A stretch of 64,000 bases of DNA from Epithemia pelagica (Eukaryota; Protista; Bacillariophyta), in NCBI GenBank assembly GCA_946965045.2, contig OX337228.1, positions 682,001 through 746,000 on the forward strand, read 5' to 3'. The position numbers and the translations under genes were made by a program. The notes beneath the pieces were generated by a model. That model was not told the origin of the DNA, did no database searches, and was given only the letters and a program-made list of their open reading frames with translations. How positions within the stretch are numbered: the stretch's first letter is position 1; the number at the start of each line of letters is the position of its first letter. This document shows positions 60,048 through 64,000 of the stretch, piece after piece.

Positions 60048-60955
60048 ATGCCTGCTAACAAGTACCAAAAGCTTTACACTCCCGAAGACTCAGTTGTCGT
60101 CTTTATTGACCACCAGCGTAAGTGGATTCTGAAATGAAGAGGGTGAAGCTCCTGCTTTTGATGGTCTCAATGGGGAATCCCTATCTCACACCATTTGTCA
60201 TGCTTTTCTCTTCTCACCAATGCAGCACAAATGACCTTTGGTGTTGACAACATTGACAAAGCCAGTCTCATCAACAACGTACGTACTTCGAGTGTCGTGC
60301 CATGAGCGAAGAGTGTTTGTCCCAAGTCCATGGATTACGTTCGTGCCACTGCAACTAACAAATATTCCTGCTCGCATTGCTTTGCTTTTTTTGAATTCCG
60401 CGACAGACGGTCTTGCTTGCCAAAGTGGCCAAGCTGTTCAATGTCCCCACGGTGTTGACCGCCGTTGAGACGGAAAGCTTCTCGGGTTACATTTGGCCTC
60501 AGCTCTTGGATGTGTTTGATGACCACCCGATCATTGAACGTACCAGCATGAACTCATGGGATGACGAAGGCTTTCGTGCCGCCATCAAGGCCACGGGCAA
60601 AAAGAACATTATCATGACTGGTTTGTGGACTGAAGTGTGTGTGACTTGGCCGACCATTGAAATGCTCGGTGAGGGCTACAACGTCTATGTCGTTGAAGAT
60701 TGCTGTGGAGCAACCAGCAAGGCTGCTCACGATGCCGCCTTGAGTCGCATGGTCCAAGCAGGTGCCATTCGTCTTACTACCATCCCCGCTCTCTTGGAAG
60801 ACTGGGCGAACCGTGAACATTACAATGGTCTCATGGACATTCTCAAGGTGCACGCCGGAGCCTATGGCGTCGGAGTTGAGTATGCCTACTCCATGGTCCA
60901 CAAGGCACCCCAGTCCGCCAAGCACCCCCACAAACCTGCCAACAAGGGAGTCTAA
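60048..60955 (+). CDS. ycaC: YcaC-like isochorismatase-family hydrolase; exons 60048-60117, 60226-60278, 60407-60955 (223 aa)
   Basis: VVFIDHQPQM, ERTSMNSW and GLWTEVC catalytic motifs; two GT-AG introns restore the frame. Confidence 0.9.
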
Positions 60956-61152
60956 GGAAAGTCAGTCTCATTTTCTTTCCGGACGTAGCGCTGTTCCGAC
61001 ATATTAACATTTGATTCATCGTTTCATCAATCTGGTTACTAGCAGGTACTCCAAGTACTCGATTGAAGTATCCCTACTAGTACTAGAGCAGAAGGAGTAG
61101 TTACGAAGGAGTTGCCCAGGATTACGAATAGTTGAGTTCGTTGTCGTGAATC

Positions 61153-64000
61153 TGAATAAATAATCACGGGCGCCCCCTTTGTAACCTACGAAAGGCCTCG
61201 CCATGCCTCGCTACGCACCGCCTGGCATCGCCCGGCCCCTAGCTATGTGTTTGCTAGTGGGTACCGTGGTCGCTATTTGGCCCCTACGTGAGCGATTTGC
61301 CCCCAAAGGGCACCCCTAGTTTAGTCATCATAATTTCTGATAGTTTGATTGTTGCAAGCCGTATATTGCGTCTGGCCGTCAGTTTTTATTCAGTTTATCA
61401 GACCCACTGTCTGTTGTTCCCCACTGTTCGCCGGACGGCAAGCGCCTGATCAACGCTCGGGAGTTGTTCGCGCTAAGCGGCTTCGTCACTCGCTCGCTTG
61501 CGTCATCTCTGTGACTTGTTTTAGTCACTGTGGGACCCACTCGCTAATTTGTGACTTGCGACTGCACAACGTACCGTGCACGTGCTCGTACACGTGGACC
61601 GTCCATCCACGCGCTTCGTACGACTCAACTATATAAGCCTGCTGGCTTTTGACACGTGCCTGCTTGCTCGCGGAATCGCCGGTTCGCCGACTCGCGGATT
61701 CGCCGATCGCCAGCTCGCTCGCTCGCGGAATCGCCGGACGACTACTCGCCGATTCACTCGCAGATTGTTGGCTCACAGAAATTCGCTCCTCTCATCACAA
61801 TTGCAAATTTCTGCACAAGAACAAGCCTTCCCTTGCCATCCGTTTGACCTTCTACTACCCTCCTACCCTTCATCCGACCCTTGAACCATGGCCGCAAATG
61901 CCTTCCGTACTGCACTGGGCCGCTGTGGCTACGACAATGCTACCGTTGGGTACCTAACGCAACAGGGCTTCACGACAACGGATCAGTTCCTGGAGTTTCC
62001 TATCAACGAAGTCAAGCCCATGCTGAAGACATTAGCCAAGAACCTACCTGACGGTGTCACCCTACCCTACCAATTCAACCTCAAGTTCCTTGGCTTCCGA
62101 ATGTGGTTGGAATACCGTTCTGTCCGTGGTCAAGACCTTGATGCTGGTGCTTATACTGGTGACGTAATCACCAAGTGGATGAGACGCGTAACGGAACTCG
62201 CGAATGCCACCACCACTGATGGTCAGGATGACCCAGTACCACCCAAAAGGCTAACGAACCTTGCCGATTGGGAACGTCACGACGGAATGTGGCGCACATA
62301 CTTGGGTCAGCACCGTAATCCGACGACGGGAGTGCCGCTCACCTACGTATTGCGTGAGGAGTCCGACGTACCGGACGACGCACTAACCGCCGATTACGAC
62401 TGCATTGACGACGACCTAGTCGCGACCACTCGTCATGAGGGGGACCAGTACAAAGCCAACCGACGCAGAGTGTATGAGCTGTACTACCCTCTTATTTACG
62501 ATGGTCCGGCATGGACGTTTGCTAAAACGCCATTGTGCTAACTGCCGATAGCCCATGGCAACCTCGTTCTACCGCCTTTGCGGACGCGGAGGAGAAACTG
62601 GGTGTAGCTGCCGCTACTGTCGTTCGCAATGGCGATCCGAATTCGATTGCCGCATCCTCCATTCCACGACTCATCAAAGCAGTGCGAACGTACCAGCATG
62701 CTTTTGCCAATCCATCACCCGATCTGGACGCCGACGCACAAGGCGACGACCTATACGAACGCTTAATAGCGACGGTCACTGTTCATCCAGAGAAGGAGGA
62801 GCCTGATGTAGTCCCGGAGGACAAACGTGAACGTCGGCTGTACATGATCAAGACTGCTAACGAGTCTTCCCCAGCCGATCCTGCTGGAAAGGGAGTACTT
62901 GATGCAGCCGTACTGTCACAACGTTGGGGCATTGGTTTACCCAAAGCGAAGAATACGCTTAAAGTGACGACGCAGGCTGGAGTACGAAACGTATTAATCC
63001 CATCTGAGCGTAAGGTCCGTAAGAAGGCACCGTGGCTCAAATTCCCCAATGTGAAAGGCCGTTGGTTCTCGGACGAGATGTTTGCCAAGGAAGTTTCACT
63101 GAACGGGGACACGGGCGCCTCGATCTTTACAGACGGCAAAGGATTCGACCACGTTTATCCCTGGAAGTCGAAAAAGCAACATCCTGAAGGATTGATGTCT
63201 CTGATTCACAATGTAGGGATTCCCCAAACAATGGTATCTGATGGTGCCCGAGAATTGTTCCTAGGGAAGTCCCGTGAAATATGCAACGAGTACCGCATAA
63301 AGATGGAGAAAACGGTTCCTTATAGTCCATGGCAGAACGCCGCCGAAGCGAGCATTCGTGAACTAAAGAAGGGAGTTGTCAAGATTATGAGGACGACCGG
63401 CGCACCACGACGTTTATGGAGCTATGCTCTTAAATGGTGCTCACACGTACGGCAACTCACGGCATCCGATATCCCTGAATTAGATGGACGTACACCGTTC
63501 GAGCATGTAATTGGCTCAACGCCAGACATCTCTCCATTAGCCATGTTCCAATTCTATCAGCCGGTGTATTATCGCATGCCCATGGCACAGTTTCCCTTCG
63601 AAAAAAGACTGATTGGCCGATGGTTGGGTTTAGCCGATGATTGCACCGATGATATGGCCTATGAAATCCTAACGCAAGAGGGCAATCATGTCACACGAAA
63701 AGATGTGTGGGCCATTCCGGAAGACGACCTGAAGAATCCGACGATTCATCAGCAGTTGTTGGACTATGATGCCGCTATTCAAACGCAAATGAAAGAGCCG
63801 CCATCTGATGGCACAACTGGGAGCGATCCACCCCCAGACCTCTTTGACGAAGGTGAACTTCTAGAGCCCTTGTTCCCAGAGGCCGAAGCCCTGGAATCCG
63901 ACGCGTACACGCCGGAGGAACTAGACGAATACCTCACCGCTGAAGTCATGCTGCCGCGAGGAGGTGAAAGCGCTCGAGCGAAAATCATTAGACGCACGAA
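61153..64000 (+). mobile_element. Ty1/copia LTR retrotransposon 4 (partial; runs off window)
   Basis: Putative 5' LTR 61153-61392 with 8-bp inverted termini TGAATAAA/TTTATTCA; PBS GTTTATCAGACCCAC at 61393; gag 61888-62541; integrase frame open from ~62526 to the window end (SDEMF, VSDGA, AAEASI). Confidence 0.88.
61888..62541 (+). pseudogene. gag: Truncated gag of copia 4
   Basis: GVPLTYVLRE, DDLVATTRHEG..YK..RRRVY motifs; abrupt junction to a pre-integrase sequence. Confidence 0.8.

Overview
Eukaryotic, TE-dense (>70% mobile DNA) region, most consistent with a diatom (inference from CoDi-like Ty1/copia families, GT-AG introns of ~85-130 bp and a PT-repeat secreted protein with an RXL site and a KxxK tail). 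Mobile DNA: four Ty1/copia elements (8609-14939 -, 37455-46521 +, 53878-59287 -, 61153->end +), a canonical TTAA piggyBac (15679-18495), a PIF/Harbinger-superfamily element with a second gene (32137-34993), a CAG-TSD non-autonomous element nested in an LTR (37467-39934), a Penelope-like retroelement with a degenerate hammerhead (~50590-53100) and two MITEs. The most notable structure is an 11.9-kb DNA element (19892-31807) with ~0.7-kb near-identical terminal inverted repeats, ~188-bp subterminal arrays and a TA target duplication. It carries a deleted piggyBac-like transposase with two Tudor/SH3-like modules, a divergently transcribed SET-domain gene and a 2OG-Fe(II)-oxygenase-like fragment; the right end of a second copy fills 1-2354. 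All four copia elements have primer-binding sites matching internal tRNA fragments instead of tRNA 3' ends. Host genes: a mucin/silaffin-like protein, three beta-helix paralogs, a YcaC-like hydrolase, and a pseudogene hit by two TEs. All alignments were done by eye; no database searches were run.
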